DNA from: an uncultured Pirellulales bacterium
Lineage (GTDB): Bacteria > Planctomycetota > Phycisphaerae > Sedimentisphaerales > Anaerobacaceae
Length of the DNA stretch: 41,399 nucleotides
Direction: 5' to 3'
Assembly (NCBI GenBank): GCA_964477135.1
Contig: CAYZEH010000002.1
Location: 1-41,399 of the forward strand
Shown here: positions 1 through 8,484 of the stretch, in pieces
Position numbering within the stretch: the first letter of the stretch is position 1
Layout: every line of letters starts with the position of its first letter
Program-made: the position numbers and the translations under genes
Notes under the pieces: generated by a model
Seen by the model: only the letters and a program-made list of their open reading frames with translations
The model's database searches: none
What the model was told of the DNA's origin: nothing

Positions 1-161
1 AGGCTAATAAGAGCCTGATAGATTTTCTTGCTAAGAAACTTGGGGTAAAGAAACATGACATTTCTATCGTATCGGGAGCAACGAGTCCTGTTAAGCAAAT
101 CCAGATCGATGGTATGAGCAGGAAAATATTCATCGCCAAAATGAATCCGGAGCAAGAGTAA
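1..161 (+). CDS. DUF167/YggU-family protein, C-terminal fragment (5' end lies outside the window)
   Basis: Frame 3 from nt 3 reads ANKSLIDFLAKKLGVKKHDISIVSGATSPVKQIQIDGMSRKIFIAKMNPEQE*, which resembles the conserved C-terminal half of DUF167 proteins. The stop TAA at 159-161 overlaps the next ATG (TAATG). Confidence 0.55.
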   Translation, partial: ANKSLIDFLAKKLGVKKHDISIVSGATSPVKQIQIDGMSRKIFIAKMNPEQE

Positions 162-1585
162 TGACCAGCGAGCAAATCTCAAAACCACTTGCTAAGCTGG
201 ATGAAACTTCACTTAGCTACATGCTGAAGCTGGCGGCGCCGATGATAGTTACCAATATATCTTTTACGATAATGCAGTTTGTTGACAGGTTAATGGTTTC
301 GAGGCTTGGGACAAATGAGTTGGCGGCGATATTGCCTGCGGGGGTGGTTAGTTTTCTGCCGGGCAGTTTTGCAATCGGGGTGCTGACAAGCGTTAGTACA
401 TTTACCAGTCAATCGTTCGGCAGAGGGGAAAATCGAGAGTGCCCGAAATACTGCTGGCAGGGGATTTATATGGGGCTTGCTTATTTTGCTATTGTGATCG
501 CAATTATGTGGCCTTGGTCGGGGTGGATATTTAAAGCTATGGGCCATGAAGGTGCTATCATTGAAATGGAAGTGGCGTATCTTCGTATTATGCTTTACAG
601 CCAGATGATCGCGGTTTTGATACATGCAAGCAGTCAATTTTTTATGGGTGTGCACCGCCCTGTTATCACGATGTATGCCGCTATAATCGGACAATTAGTC
701 AACGTAGGGTGTAATTATGTTTTGATATTCGGCAAGTTCGGATTTCCGCAGATGGGTATCAGGGGAGCTGCGTGGGGGACGTTTATTGGTATCGTTGTCG
801 GGGCTGGTATTCGGATGTGGGTGTTTATGGGCAGCGGTATTAATGAAAAATTTCACAGCAGAAGCAGTTTAAGACCTGATCCGGGGAAGATGAAAGATCT
901 GCTTAAGGTCGGTCTGCCTGCAGGATTCGGACTGATGGTAAACGTATCGCTTTGGGCGATGATTTTGCTTGGATTGGTGGGCAGGTTTGGCAAAGAGGCG
1001 GTGGCGGCTACATCGGCGGTATTTTCATATATCAATATCTCCGTTATGCCGATAGTAGGGATCGGGACCGCTTTGACGGCGGCGGTTGGGAAATCTATCG
1101 GTGCGGGAAGAAATGATATTGCTAAGAAACAGACGAGTATCTGCCTCAGGATAGGATTGACTTATATGGGATTTGTCGGGCTTTGCTTTTTTGTGTTCAG
1201 AGATAACCTGATGGCAATGTGGTCGACGGACAGCAAAGTTATTGATACGGGTGTTAAGATACTGATATGTGCGGCAATTTTCCAGGTTTTTGATGCTGCG
1301 ACGATAATATATAACGGCAGCTTACGCGGGGCAGGCGATACGGTCTGGATAGCAGCGATGTCTGCGATCGGGGCGATTGTTATACTTGGCGGCGGCGGCT
1401 GGGTAATTTTGAATTATTTCGAGGAACTCGGCATTATTGGGCCTTGGATCGCTGCGACAGTTAACATTATTGCTGTCGGGATCGCTAACAGATGGCGGTT
1501 TAAGAGTGGTAGGTGGATGGAAATTGATCTGTTCAGGCAAAGGCCAGCTGGGGTTGCTGTTGAAATTGAGACTGCGATAGAGTAA
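161..1585 (+). CDS. MATE family multidrug/sodium efflux transporter
   Basis: 474 aa polytopic membrane protein. The N-terminus (LKLAAPMIVTNISFTIMQFVDRLMVSRLG) and the twelve-helix bipartite layout are typical of NorM/DinF-type MATE proteins. Confidence 0.85.
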   Translation: MTSEQISKPLAKLDETSLSYMLKLAAPMIVTNISFTIMQFVDRLMVSRLGTNELAAILPAGVVSFLPGSFAIGVLTSVSTFTSQSFGRGENRECPKYCWQGIYMGLAYFAIVIAIMWPWSGWIFKAMGHEGAIIEMEVAYLRIMLYSQMIAVLIHASSQFFMGVHRPVITMYAAIIGQLVNVGCNYVLIFGKFGFPQMGIRGAAWGTFIGIVVGAGIRMWVFMGSGINEKFHSRSSLRPDPGKMKDLLKVGLPAGFGLMVNVSLWAMILLGLVGRFGKEAVAATSAVFSYINISVMPIVGIGTALTAAVGKSIGAGRNDIAKKQTSICLRIGLTYMGFVGLCFFVFRDNLMAMWSTDSKVIDTGVKILICAAIFQVFDAATIIYNGSLRGAGDTVWIAAMSAIGAIVILGGGGWVILNYFEELGIIGPWIAATVNIIAVGIANRWRFKSGRWMEIDLFRQRPAGVAVEIETAIE

Positions 1586-1586
1586 G

Positions 1587-1690
1587 ATATACCCTTAAGG
1601 GTAGTAAATGTCCGCGAATAAATCCATAACTTGTTATTTTTAAGTTCGTTACCCGCGGATAAGCGGTAAAATTCAATTGGGATCAGTGTA
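1587..1690 (+). repeat. Mosaic intergenic repeat, copy A (modules H1 - 2a - 3)
   Basis: ATATACCCTTAAGGGTAGTAAATGTCCGCGAATAAATCCATAACTTGTTATTTTTAAGTTCGTTACCCGCGGATAAGCGGTAAAATTCAATTGGGATCAGTGTA. It aligns along its length with copies D and E and partly with B, C, F and G. It starts 5 nt after the MATE stop and ends 40 nt before the next start. Confidence 0.9.
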
Positions 1691-1729
1691 TGTGTATGAT
1701 GAATGTTATTTGAGCTGGGTGAAACTTAG

Positions 1730-3334
1730 ATGAAAAAACTATCGGTATATTTGTTGGTAATCTGTGCGGTATGCATAGGGCTTGCTGATTCTTCATTGGT
1801 GGCTGGGCCTTTAGCTAACAATAACAAACCCGGAACTTACGCCAGAAGCATTGAGCAGATACTTAAATATAACAGCAAGGATATCGATCTTGGTACTGCG
1901 GCAATGATAATTTCTGAGCAGTGGAATGACGATGTTCTGGGCAGGCAGTACATTTTCGAGCTGGATAAGATGGCTCACAAGATACTTAAGGAACTTAAAG
2001 AACGCGGCAGGAGTATTAATTATAAAGCTATCGATGTTATTAATGACTATCTTTATAGTGAGTTGGGGTTTACTGCGATTGAGACTGCTGATAACCCGGA
2101 AGATCTGTTTTTGCACAGCGTTCTTGATAATAAAAGAGGATATTGCCTGAGTCTGTCTGTGCTTTATCTTTCGCTGGCGGAGAGAATCGGACTTGAATTG
2201 TATGGGGTAGTTGTGCCGGGGCATTTTTTTGTCAGGTATGATGACGGGGATGTCCGGTTCAATATTGAAACGACTAACGGGGGCTCGATCACGAATGATG
2301 AACATTACATAGAGAAGTTTAATGTTCCGCAGAATAGTGATGTTTACATGAAGAGCCTTGATAAGAGACAGACTTTGGGGTGTTTCTTTAATAATCTCGG
2401 TAATAGTTACAGCGAAATCGGCAACATAGAAATGGCAAAGAAAGCTTTGGAAAAATCTATTGAGATCAATCCGTCGCTGGCGGAATCGAGAACGAACCTT
2501 GGGAATATTTATCTTTCTAAAGGCGAAACAGATTTTGCGATAGACTTGTATCAGAGTGCACTTGAAGTCAATCCGAATGACGCCAAAGTTTATAATAACC
2601 TTGCTAATGCGTATATGCAGAAAGGCTGGACAGTCAGGGCAATTAAGTTTTATAAGCTAAGCCAGAGTCTTGACAGTGATTTTGCAGATATATATAGAAA
2701 TCTCGCCAGGGCTTATATCGCAAATAAAAATTACGATGAAGCTTTGTCGCAATTGAATAAAGCTGAGATACGTTCGCCTAAAGACCCTGTTATCTATTAT
2801 TTCCTGGGAGAGGTTTATGTCCAGAAAGACAGGATAGCGGATGCGATCTATAATTATGAGAAAGCTCTTAAGTTTAAGGCTGATTACGCGGAAGCTTATT
2901 GCGGGATCGCATTTTGTCATAACATAAGCGGCGAAGTGGATGATGAAATATACTTCTATAAAAAAGCTATCTCGGTAAAGCCTGAAATGACAGCGGCGAT
3001 ACTAAATCTTGGCAATGCGTATTTTTCAAAGAAAAAATTCGAGGCAGCTATCGAGCAATATAAAAAAGCAATAATGCTTGTGAGCGATGACGACAGAATA
3101 TATTACAATCTCGGCGCAGCGTATTCGAATTTGAAACTTTACCCTGAGGCCCTTGAGCAATATGTTAAGACTCTGGAAATTAATCCGCAAAATGCGGATG
3201 CGCACAACGGGCTTGGGTTCATTTATTACAATCAGGGTAAATACAGAACAGCATGGAAACACATCAATAAAGCCAAACAGCTTGGCTATAATGTCGATTT
3301 GCCGCTTTATGAGGCTATAAAAAGTCGGCTCTGA
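1730..3334 (+). CDS. Exported transglutaminase-like domain / TPR repeat protein (SirB1-like architecture)
   Basis: N-terminal signal-like peptide MKKLSVYLLVICAVCIGLA. Transglutaminase-like core RGYCLSLSVLYLSLAERIGL...VVPGHFFVRY. About 9 C-terminal TPR units (repeated A..Y..A/L..P.. pattern). Confidence 0.75.
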   Translation: MKKLSVYLLVICAVCIGLADSSLVAGPLANNNKPGTYARSIEQILKYNSKDIDLGTAAMIISEQWNDDVLGRQYIFELDKMAHKILKELKERGRSINYKAIDVINDYLYSELGFTAIETADNPEDLFLHSVLDNKRGYCLSLSVLYLSLAERIGLELYGVVVPGHFFVRYDDGDVRFNIETTNGGSITNDEHYIEKFNVPQNSDVYMKSLDKRQTLGCFFNNLGNSYSEIGNIEMAKKALEKSIEINPSLAESRTNLGNIYLSKGETDFAIDLYQSALEVNPNDAKVYNNLANAYMQKGWTVRAIKFYKLSQSLDSDFADIYRNLARAYIANKNYDEALSQLNKAEIRSPKDPVIYYFLGEVYVQKDRIADAIYNYEKALKFKADYAEAYCGIAFCHNISGEVDDEIYFYKKAISVKPEMTAAILNLGNAYFSKKKFEAAIEQYKKAIMLVSDDDRIYYNLGAAYSNLKLYPEALEQYVKTLEINPQNADAHNGLGFIYYNQGKYRTAWKHINKAKQLGYNVDLPLYEAIKSRL

Positions 3335-3410
3335 TAATATTAAAACCTGGCTTTTGGCACGTTTACAAAAAGATTGATAGAGTTGCTATAAGAGTGTATA
3401 TTACAGTCTG

Positions 3411-3514
3411 AATACCTTTTGAGGCTAAGAAGTTTCCGCGAGGAAAATTATAATCCTGATATGTGTTGGGATACCCGCGAATAAACGGGAAAACTTAACT
3501 GTGAGTAGTACATA
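3411..3514 (+). repeat. Mosaic intergenic repeat, copy B (modules H1' - 2b - X - 3b)
   Basis: AATACCTTTTGAGGCTAAGAAGTTTCCGCGAGGAAAATTATAATCCTGATATGTGTTGGGATACCCGCGAATAAACGGGAAAACTTAACTGTGAGTAGTACATA. Near full-length match to copy F. Ends 23 nt before the GTG start at 3537. Confidence 0.9.
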
Positions 3515-3536
3515 AAAAATTAACGGAGATTTAAAC

Positions 3537-5948
3537 GTGAATTCAAAGAGGATATTACTTTCATCAGCTACGATCGTTTTGTTTTTTGCGGTATGGGCAT
3601 ACGGCAGCGATGTTAATAACCTGACTGACTATTACGGGTTTGGGGCAATAGAGATAATTAAGTCTGATTGGGGAATCGGCAATCTTACGGTGACAGACTT
3701 TAACGGCGACGGTCTGAAAGATATTGCTTTTGCGAATAACCACAAGACAAAAATAGAGATACTGCTGCAAAAGGCGAAAGGCCCTGATATTAAACTGCAA
3801 ACTAAGCCTTTAGTCGACGAAGATGATATTAATCGGTTACCAGAAAACAGTCCGTTTGAGAAAAATTCTGTGGCAGTTTCACAGAAGATATCAAGTATGG
3901 TCAGCGGTGATTTTAATAACGATGGAATGGTTGATATTGTTTTTTACGGCAAACCTAACGGCCTTTATTTGATATTGCAGAAGAAAGATGAATCGCAAAA
4001 GAAAAGCAATACTTTGAGTTGGAGAAGCCGAAAGAAAATTAAGATAAGCGATGGGCTGATGAGCAGCAATGCGTTAGTGAAATCTGATTTCAACAATGAC
4101 GGCAGAGACGATATCGCTTTGGCGAGCCAGAAAAGTATTTATATTATTTTACAGAAGGACGATGGGACATTGGCTGAGGAGGTGGAATATCCTACCTCTG
4201 CTGTGACTTTAGGAGTTGACAGTTCTGATCTGAACGGCGATGGACTTAATGATCTTGTGATGATAACAGATGACAGGGATAAGCCTTTACATGTACGGTT
4301 TGGTTTGGCTGATGGTCAGCTTGGCCCGGAGATGCGGTTTTTTATCGAGTCGCCTTATGTGATGGATATGTGGGATATCGACGGGGAAACGGGCAGTGAG
4401 ATACTTACTGTCGACAGGAGAAGCGGCAGGCTGATAAGTTATAGTCTTTCAACTGAGATGAGGGCTGATGAAGATTGGCCTATGTTGTTTTATCCTTTTG
4501 CTTCGAGTAAAGATAACAGGAAAAGAGATATTGCGGTAGCTGATTTTGACGGCGACGGGCTCGATGATATTGTTGTTAGTGACCCGGCGGCAGCAGAGTT
4601 GATCTTTTACAGGCAAAAAGCTGACATTGGTCTGGCAGATACGGTGCGATTCCCCTGCTTTTCTGATGTTGATCGTATCGATGAAAGTGACATTGACGGC
4701 GACGGTAAAAGTGAGCTGATAGTGCTTAGTGTTAAGGAAAAGCTTATAGGTTTGGTTAGTTATGAGAATAATCGACTGACATTTCCTAAGCCCTTGACAG
4801 TTGCTGGTGAACCGGTTGCTATGGAGATAGCTGACATTGATGGTGATGGGGAGATGGATTGTGTTTATATCAGTAAGGATGCCAACAGTCTGCGGTCTCT
4901 GGAGGTGGTTTATAATCTGGCAGCGATTGATAAATTGAAGAGCAAAACTCTTGATGATGAGCTGCTTCAATTGGTAAAGGACATCAACTCCTGCGAAACT
5001 GGGCTGGAATTAAAAAAGCTTGAGGCAAATCCGGACGGCATAAAGGTAATCGATGTTGACCAGGATGGATTGAACGATATTGTTGTCTTTGTTAAATATG
5101 AGAAGCCGATACTTATCCGCCAGATTGAGCAGAAAAAATTTGAGATCGCAGATGCCGGCAAGACACAGGCAAGTTTGATCCAGCAGGCGACAATGAGCTC
5201 GATGACAGTTGGTAATATCGACAGCAATAAAGGCAAAGAGATACTTATAGCACAGGATAATTTTGCGAGAAGCCTGAAGTTTTCCAAGCAATCAAAATGG
5301 CAAATCATTGACCAGTATAATGCTAAGAGTAAGGAAAACAAGATCGGCACTGTCGCGGCATTTAATATGAGCAGTGACAATGCTAAACCAAGTATATTAT
5401 TACTTGACGGGCAAAAGGGGCAATTGCAGATATTAAACGCGGGCCAGGACCAGACTTACCGTATCACCAGGGAACTTGAAGTCGGAAGCTGGAGCAATTC
5501 TCTGCATCTTAAGATACTTTTTGCAGCGGTTACAGGTAAAGACGTTAACAGTATTATTTTGTTTGACAGTAATAAATTTGCACTGATAAATATGCCTGAA
5601 GATGATTCAGGTCTGAGGTGTGAACAGCTCTTCAGCTATGAGACAAAAATAAAGGACGGCATCTACGGCAATATGACAAGCGGTGATATTAACAATGACG
5701 GCAAGGTCGATATTGTTATGGTCGATTATAAAGAGAACCACATTGAAATATTGACGTTTGAGGAAAAGAATAAGCCTGTATCAGCGATGAGTTTTAAGAT
5801 ATTCGAAGAAAAGAGCTATCGTAAACAGCAACAGGACAAAGTCGGTGTTGAGCCAAGAGAGATGAAAATTGCGGATGTTACCGGTGATGGTAAGAACGAC
5901 CTTGTCAGTATTATTCATGACCGGATAATTATTTATCCGCAGGACTAA
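3537..5948 (+). CDS. Secreted FG-GAP/VCBS repeat protein (beta-propeller, Ca-binding DxDxDG loops)
   Basis: 803 aa with GTG start and signal peptide. At least 10 repeats of D(F/I/V/L)(N/D)xDGxxD(I/L): DFNGDGLKDI, DFNNDGMVDI, DFNNDGRDDI, DLNGDGLNDL, DFDGDGLDDI, DIDGDGKSEL, DIDGDGEMDC, DVDQDGLNDI, DINNDGKVDI, DVTGDGKNDL. Confidence 0.8.
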   Translation: MNSKRILLSSATIVLFFAVWAYGSDVNNLTDYYGFGAIEIIKSDWGIGNLTVTDFNGDGLKDIAFANNHKTKIEILLQKAKGPDIKLQTKPLVDEDDINRLPENSPFEKNSVAVSQKISSMVSGDFNNDGMVDIVFYGKPNGLYLILQKKDESQKKSNTLSWRSRKKIKISDGLMSSNALVKSDFNNDGRDDIALASQKSIYIILQKDDGTLAEEVEYPTSAVTLGVDSSDLNGDGLNDLVMITDDRDKPLHVRFGLADGQLGPEMRFFIESPYVMDMWDIDGETGSEILTVDRRSGRLISYSLSTEMRADEDWPMLFYPFASSKDNRKRDIAVADFDGDGLDDIVVSDPAAAELIFYRQKADIGLADTVRFPCFSDVDRIDESDIDGDGKSELIVLSVKEKLIGLVSYENNRLTFPKPLTVAGEPVAMEIADIDGDGEMDCVYISKDANSLRSLEVVYNLAAIDKLKSKTLDDELLQLVKDINSCETGLELKKLEANPDGIKVIDVDQDGLNDIVVFVKYEKPILIRQIEQKKFEIADAGKTQASLIQQATMSSMTVGNIDSNKGKEILIAQDNFARSLKFSKQSKWQIIDQYNAKSKENKIGTVAAFNMSSDNAKPSILLLDGQKGQLQILNAGQDQTYRITRELEVGSWSNSLHLKILFAAVTGKDVNSIILFDSNKFALINMPEDDSGLRCEQLFSYETKIKDGIYGNMTSGDINNDGKVDIVMVDYKENHIEILTFEEKNKPVSAMSFKIFEEKSYRKQQQDKVGVEPREMKIADVTGDGKNDLVSIIHDRIIIYPQD

Positions 5949-5950
5949 TC

Positions 5951-6031
5951 TTTATACCCTTTGAGGCTAAGATCCCGATGTATATCGGGATACCCGCGGA
6001 TAAACGGTAAAATTCAACCGGGATCAGTATA
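5951..6031 (+). repeat. Mosaic intergenic repeat, copy C (short form: H1' - X - 3)
   Basis: TTTATACCCTTTGAGGCTAAGATCCCGATGTATATCGGGATACCCGCGGATAAACGGTAAAATTCAACCGGGATCAGTATA. It lacks module 2. It starts 3 nt after the FG-GAP stop (its H1 hairpin begins 7 nt after) and ends 15 nt before the mnmA ATG. Confidence 0.9.
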
Positions 6032-6045
6032 AAATAGCAGGTGAA

Positions 6046-7104
6046 ATGGAACAGGGTAAGGAAACAGTTTTTATCGCTTTGAGCGGCGGTGTAGATTCTA
6101 TGGCGACGGCGGCATTGCTGCTCGAGAGGGACTACCATTGCGAAGGTGTGTTTATGATCACCTGCGACCATTTTATAGCACAGAGAAGTGATGCGGAAAA
6201 AGCCGCCAAGGCTCTTGGAATAAAGTTACATGTGATCGACTTTCGGAAAGAGTTCGGGTTTATACTGGATTATTTTTTCGGTGAGTACAAGGCAGGCAGG
6301 ACGCCAAATCCGTGCGTTTACTGCAATCGGTTAATAAAATTCGGGAAGCTTTGGGAGTTTGCCAGAGAACATGGCGCAAAGTTTCTTTCAACGGGACATT
6401 ATGCGCGTATTATTAAAACTGATGCAGGGGCTGGTTTATATGAGACTACGAACAAAGCGAAAGATCAGTCCTATGTCTTTTCAATGGTGCGCAGAGAGAT
6501 GCTTGAACATTTGATTTTGCCTATGGGCGATTATACTAAAGATCAGGCAAGGCAGATCGTTGCCGATTTTAATATCGGGATCGAACATAAAGGGGAATCA
6601 CAGGAAATATGCTTTGTGCCTGACGATGATTATGTCAGATTGATAGAGCAAAAGTGTCCTGAGCTTATCCGCGAAGGTGACATCGTTGACAGTAGCGGTA
6701 AAGTTTTGGGCAAACATCAGGGAGTGCACAAGTTCACTATAGGCCAACGACGAGGTTTGGGCGTTGCGATGGGTGTGCCTTATTATGTTACTTGTATTGA
6801 TGCTGAGAAAAACAGGGTAACACTTGGGCCTAAAGCTGAGGTAATGCATAATAAGCTTTCAGCATCGGGGGTGAACTGGCTTATAGATGAGCCGAGGGAT
6901 GTATTTACGGCAAAAGTAAAAATAAGATATAACTCCGGAGGTGTATCCGCGAAAGTTTATCCCAAAGGCAATCAAGTCGATATCGAATTTGACGAGGCAG
7001 TGTCGGCGATCACAGCTGGGCAGACAGCGGTAATTTATATTGAAGATGAACACGGCTGGAAAGTCACCGGCGGGGCATGGATCGATTCAGCTGGAGATGT
7101 CTAA
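6046..7104 (+). CDS. mnmA: tRNA-specific 2-thiouridylase MnmA
   Basis: PP-loop motif ALSGGVDS. Conserved GRTPNPCVYCN and KDQSYVF motifs. 352 aa, a typical length. Confidence 0.9.
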   Translation: MEQGKETVFIALSGGVDSMATAALLLERDYHCEGVFMITCDHFIAQRSDAEKAAKALGIKLHVIDFRKEFGFILDYFFGEYKAGRTPNPCVYCNRLIKFGKLWEFAREHGAKFLSTGHYARIIKTDAGAGLYETTNKAKDQSYVFSMVRREMLEHLILPMGDYTKDQARQIVADFNIGIEHKGESQEICFVPDDDYVRLIEQKCPELIREGDIVDSSGKVLGKHQGVHKFTIGQRRGLGVAMGVPYYVTCIDAEKNRVTLGPKAEVMHNKLSASGVNWLIDEPRDVFTAKVKIRYNSGGVSAKVYPKGNQVDIEFDEAVSAITAGQTAVIYIEDEHGWKVTGGAWIDSAGDV

Positions 7105-7240
7105 AAAACAATTATTTTTTTTTCATCAACGAATTGCTTCGCTAAACAGCATCGGCTTTGCTGAATCCTGTTGTCACTGAAATTGCTCCCTTATCTTTTT
7201 AGAAACAGAATCGGTGTTTAGACGCTCCTGTTCGGTTTTT

Positions 7241-7345
7241 TTATACCCTTCAGGGTAGTAAATGCCCGCGAATAAATCCGTACCTTGTTATTTTTGAATT
7301 ATTTATCCGCGGATAAACGGTGAAATTCGATTGCGATCATTATAT
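7241..7345 (+). repeat. Mosaic intergenic repeat, copy D (H1 - 2a - 3)
   Basis: TTATACCCTTCAGGGTAGTAAATGCCCGCGAATAAATCCGTACCTTGTTATTTTTGAATTATTTATCCGCGGATAAACGGTGAAATTCGATTGCGATCATTATA. Collinear with copy A. Confidence 0.9.
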
Positions 7346-7359
7346 TATAAAGTGATTAT

Positions 7360-7387
7360 TTGACGGCATTTATGTTTGTGATATAAT
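7360..7387 (+). promoter_or_regulatory. Sigma70-type promoter for lpxD-lpxI
   Basis: TTGACG (7360-7365), 16 nt spacer, TATAAT (7382-7387), with a TG at the extended -10 position (7379-7380). It lies about 45 nt upstream of the lpxD ATG. Confidence 0.55.
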
Positions 7388-7431
7388 GGCCTGCTGTAAA
7401 TATTGAATAAGAACTATTGAGGATGCTTAAA

Positions 7432-8466
7432 ATGCAGCAGGTTAAAACTTTAAAAGAGCTGGCAGAATTTGTCGGCGGAAAAGTATCAGGCGATGGCAGC
7501 ATCAGGATAAGTTCAGTAACTACTTTGGAAAATGCAAGCGAAGGGGATATAACCTTCCTTGCTAACAAAAAGTATGAAAATCAGCTTTTGACAACTAAAG
7601 CATCGGCTATCATTGTGGGCAAGAAGGTTAAATCCGGTGCAAGTCTGATTATCTGTGATGATCCTTATTTTGCTTTCAGGGAAATTGTAGTTTTAATGTA
7701 TGGCCAACGAAAACATAAAAAAACAGGAATCAGCAAGAAAGCCTTTATTGCAGAGACTGCGGTAACAGGCAAAGGCTGTGACATACATAATTTTGTTACT
7801 ATTTGCGACGGAGCCAAAATAGGTGAAGGCTGTATGCTTTATCCGGGTGTATTCGTAGGGGAAAATACAATTATCGGCGACGAGTGTATTTTGTATCCTA
7901 ATGTTGTTGTTTTTGACGAGTGCGTTATTGGCAACAGGGTTATTATTCAGGCTAATGCAATTATAGGCGAAGATGGGTATGGGTTTGCTACTCACGAGGG
8001 AGAGCATCATAAAATACCTCAAATCGGCAGAGCTGTTATTGAGGACGATGTTGAGATCGGCGCTGGTTGTGGAATCGAACGCGGAACACTTGATGACACG
8101 GTGATCGGCAAAGGGACAAAGATCGGCGACATGGTTGCAATTGGACACGGCGCAAAGATCGGGGTCGGATGTTTGATTGTGCCTTTTGTGGGGATCGCAG
8201 GTTCGACAACAGTCGGTGATTACTGCATTTTCGGCGGACAGTCTGGTACTGTCGGCCATATTAAGATCGGCAACAGGGTAAGGGTCGGCGCACAGTCGGG
8301 AGTTATTAATGACGTCGCTGACGGAAAGGAAATTTTAGGTTCGCCTGCAATAGATTCTGATATAGCCAGACGTGCCTATGCTCTTATTGGTGCGTTACCT
8401 GAAATGTATAAAAAAATTAAAAAGCTGGAAAAGAAATTAAAAAAAGCTACAGATAAAACATGTTAG
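7432..8466 (+). CDS. lpxD: UDP-3-O-(3-hydroxyacyl)glucosamine N-acyltransferase LpxD
   Basis: N-terminal LKELAEFVGGKV...ITFLANKKY and a long left-handed beta-helix hexapeptide region. The ATG at 7432 is preferred over TTG 7417 and ATG 7423 because GAGGA at 7419-7423 sits 8 nt upstream. Confidence 0.88.
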   Translation: MQQVKTLKELAEFVGGKVSGDGSIRISSVTTLENASEGDITFLANKKYENQLLTTKASAIIVGKKVKSGASLIICDDPYFAFREIVVLMYGQRKHKKTGISKKAFIAETAVTGKGCDIHNFVTICDGAKIGEGCMLYPGVFVGENTIIGDECILYPNVVVFDECVIGNRVIIQANAIIGEDGYGFATHEGEHHKIPQIGRAVIEDDVEIGAGCGIERGTLDDTVIGKGTKIGDMVAIGHGAKIGVGCLIVPFVGIAGSTTVGDYCIFGGQSGTVGHIKIGNRVRVGAQSGVINDVADGKEILGSPAIDSDIARRAYALIGALPEMYKKIKKLEKKLKKATDKTC

Positions 8467-8484
8467 AAGAATCAGATTGTAAAT

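Noticed and set aside
1651-1672. DnaA-box-like TTATCCGCGG (reverse complement of CCGCGGATAA), and possible promoters embedded in module 3 (for example TTCGTT-16-TAAAAT in copy A)
   Set aside because: The DnaA box needs TTATCCACA, and the CACA half is absent in all copies. The putative -35/-10 pair is not conserved in position or sequence in copies B, D, E and F.
1587-1690. A closing helix TATAC/GTATA joining the two ends of each repeat (or a 5-7 bp terminal inverted repeat of a MITE with a TA target duplication)
   Set aside because: The 5' TAC is already used in hairpin H1. The match is only 5 bp of AT-rich sequence and is imperfect in copies B and D. It is kept as a possibility within the main finding but is not supportable as a separate feature.
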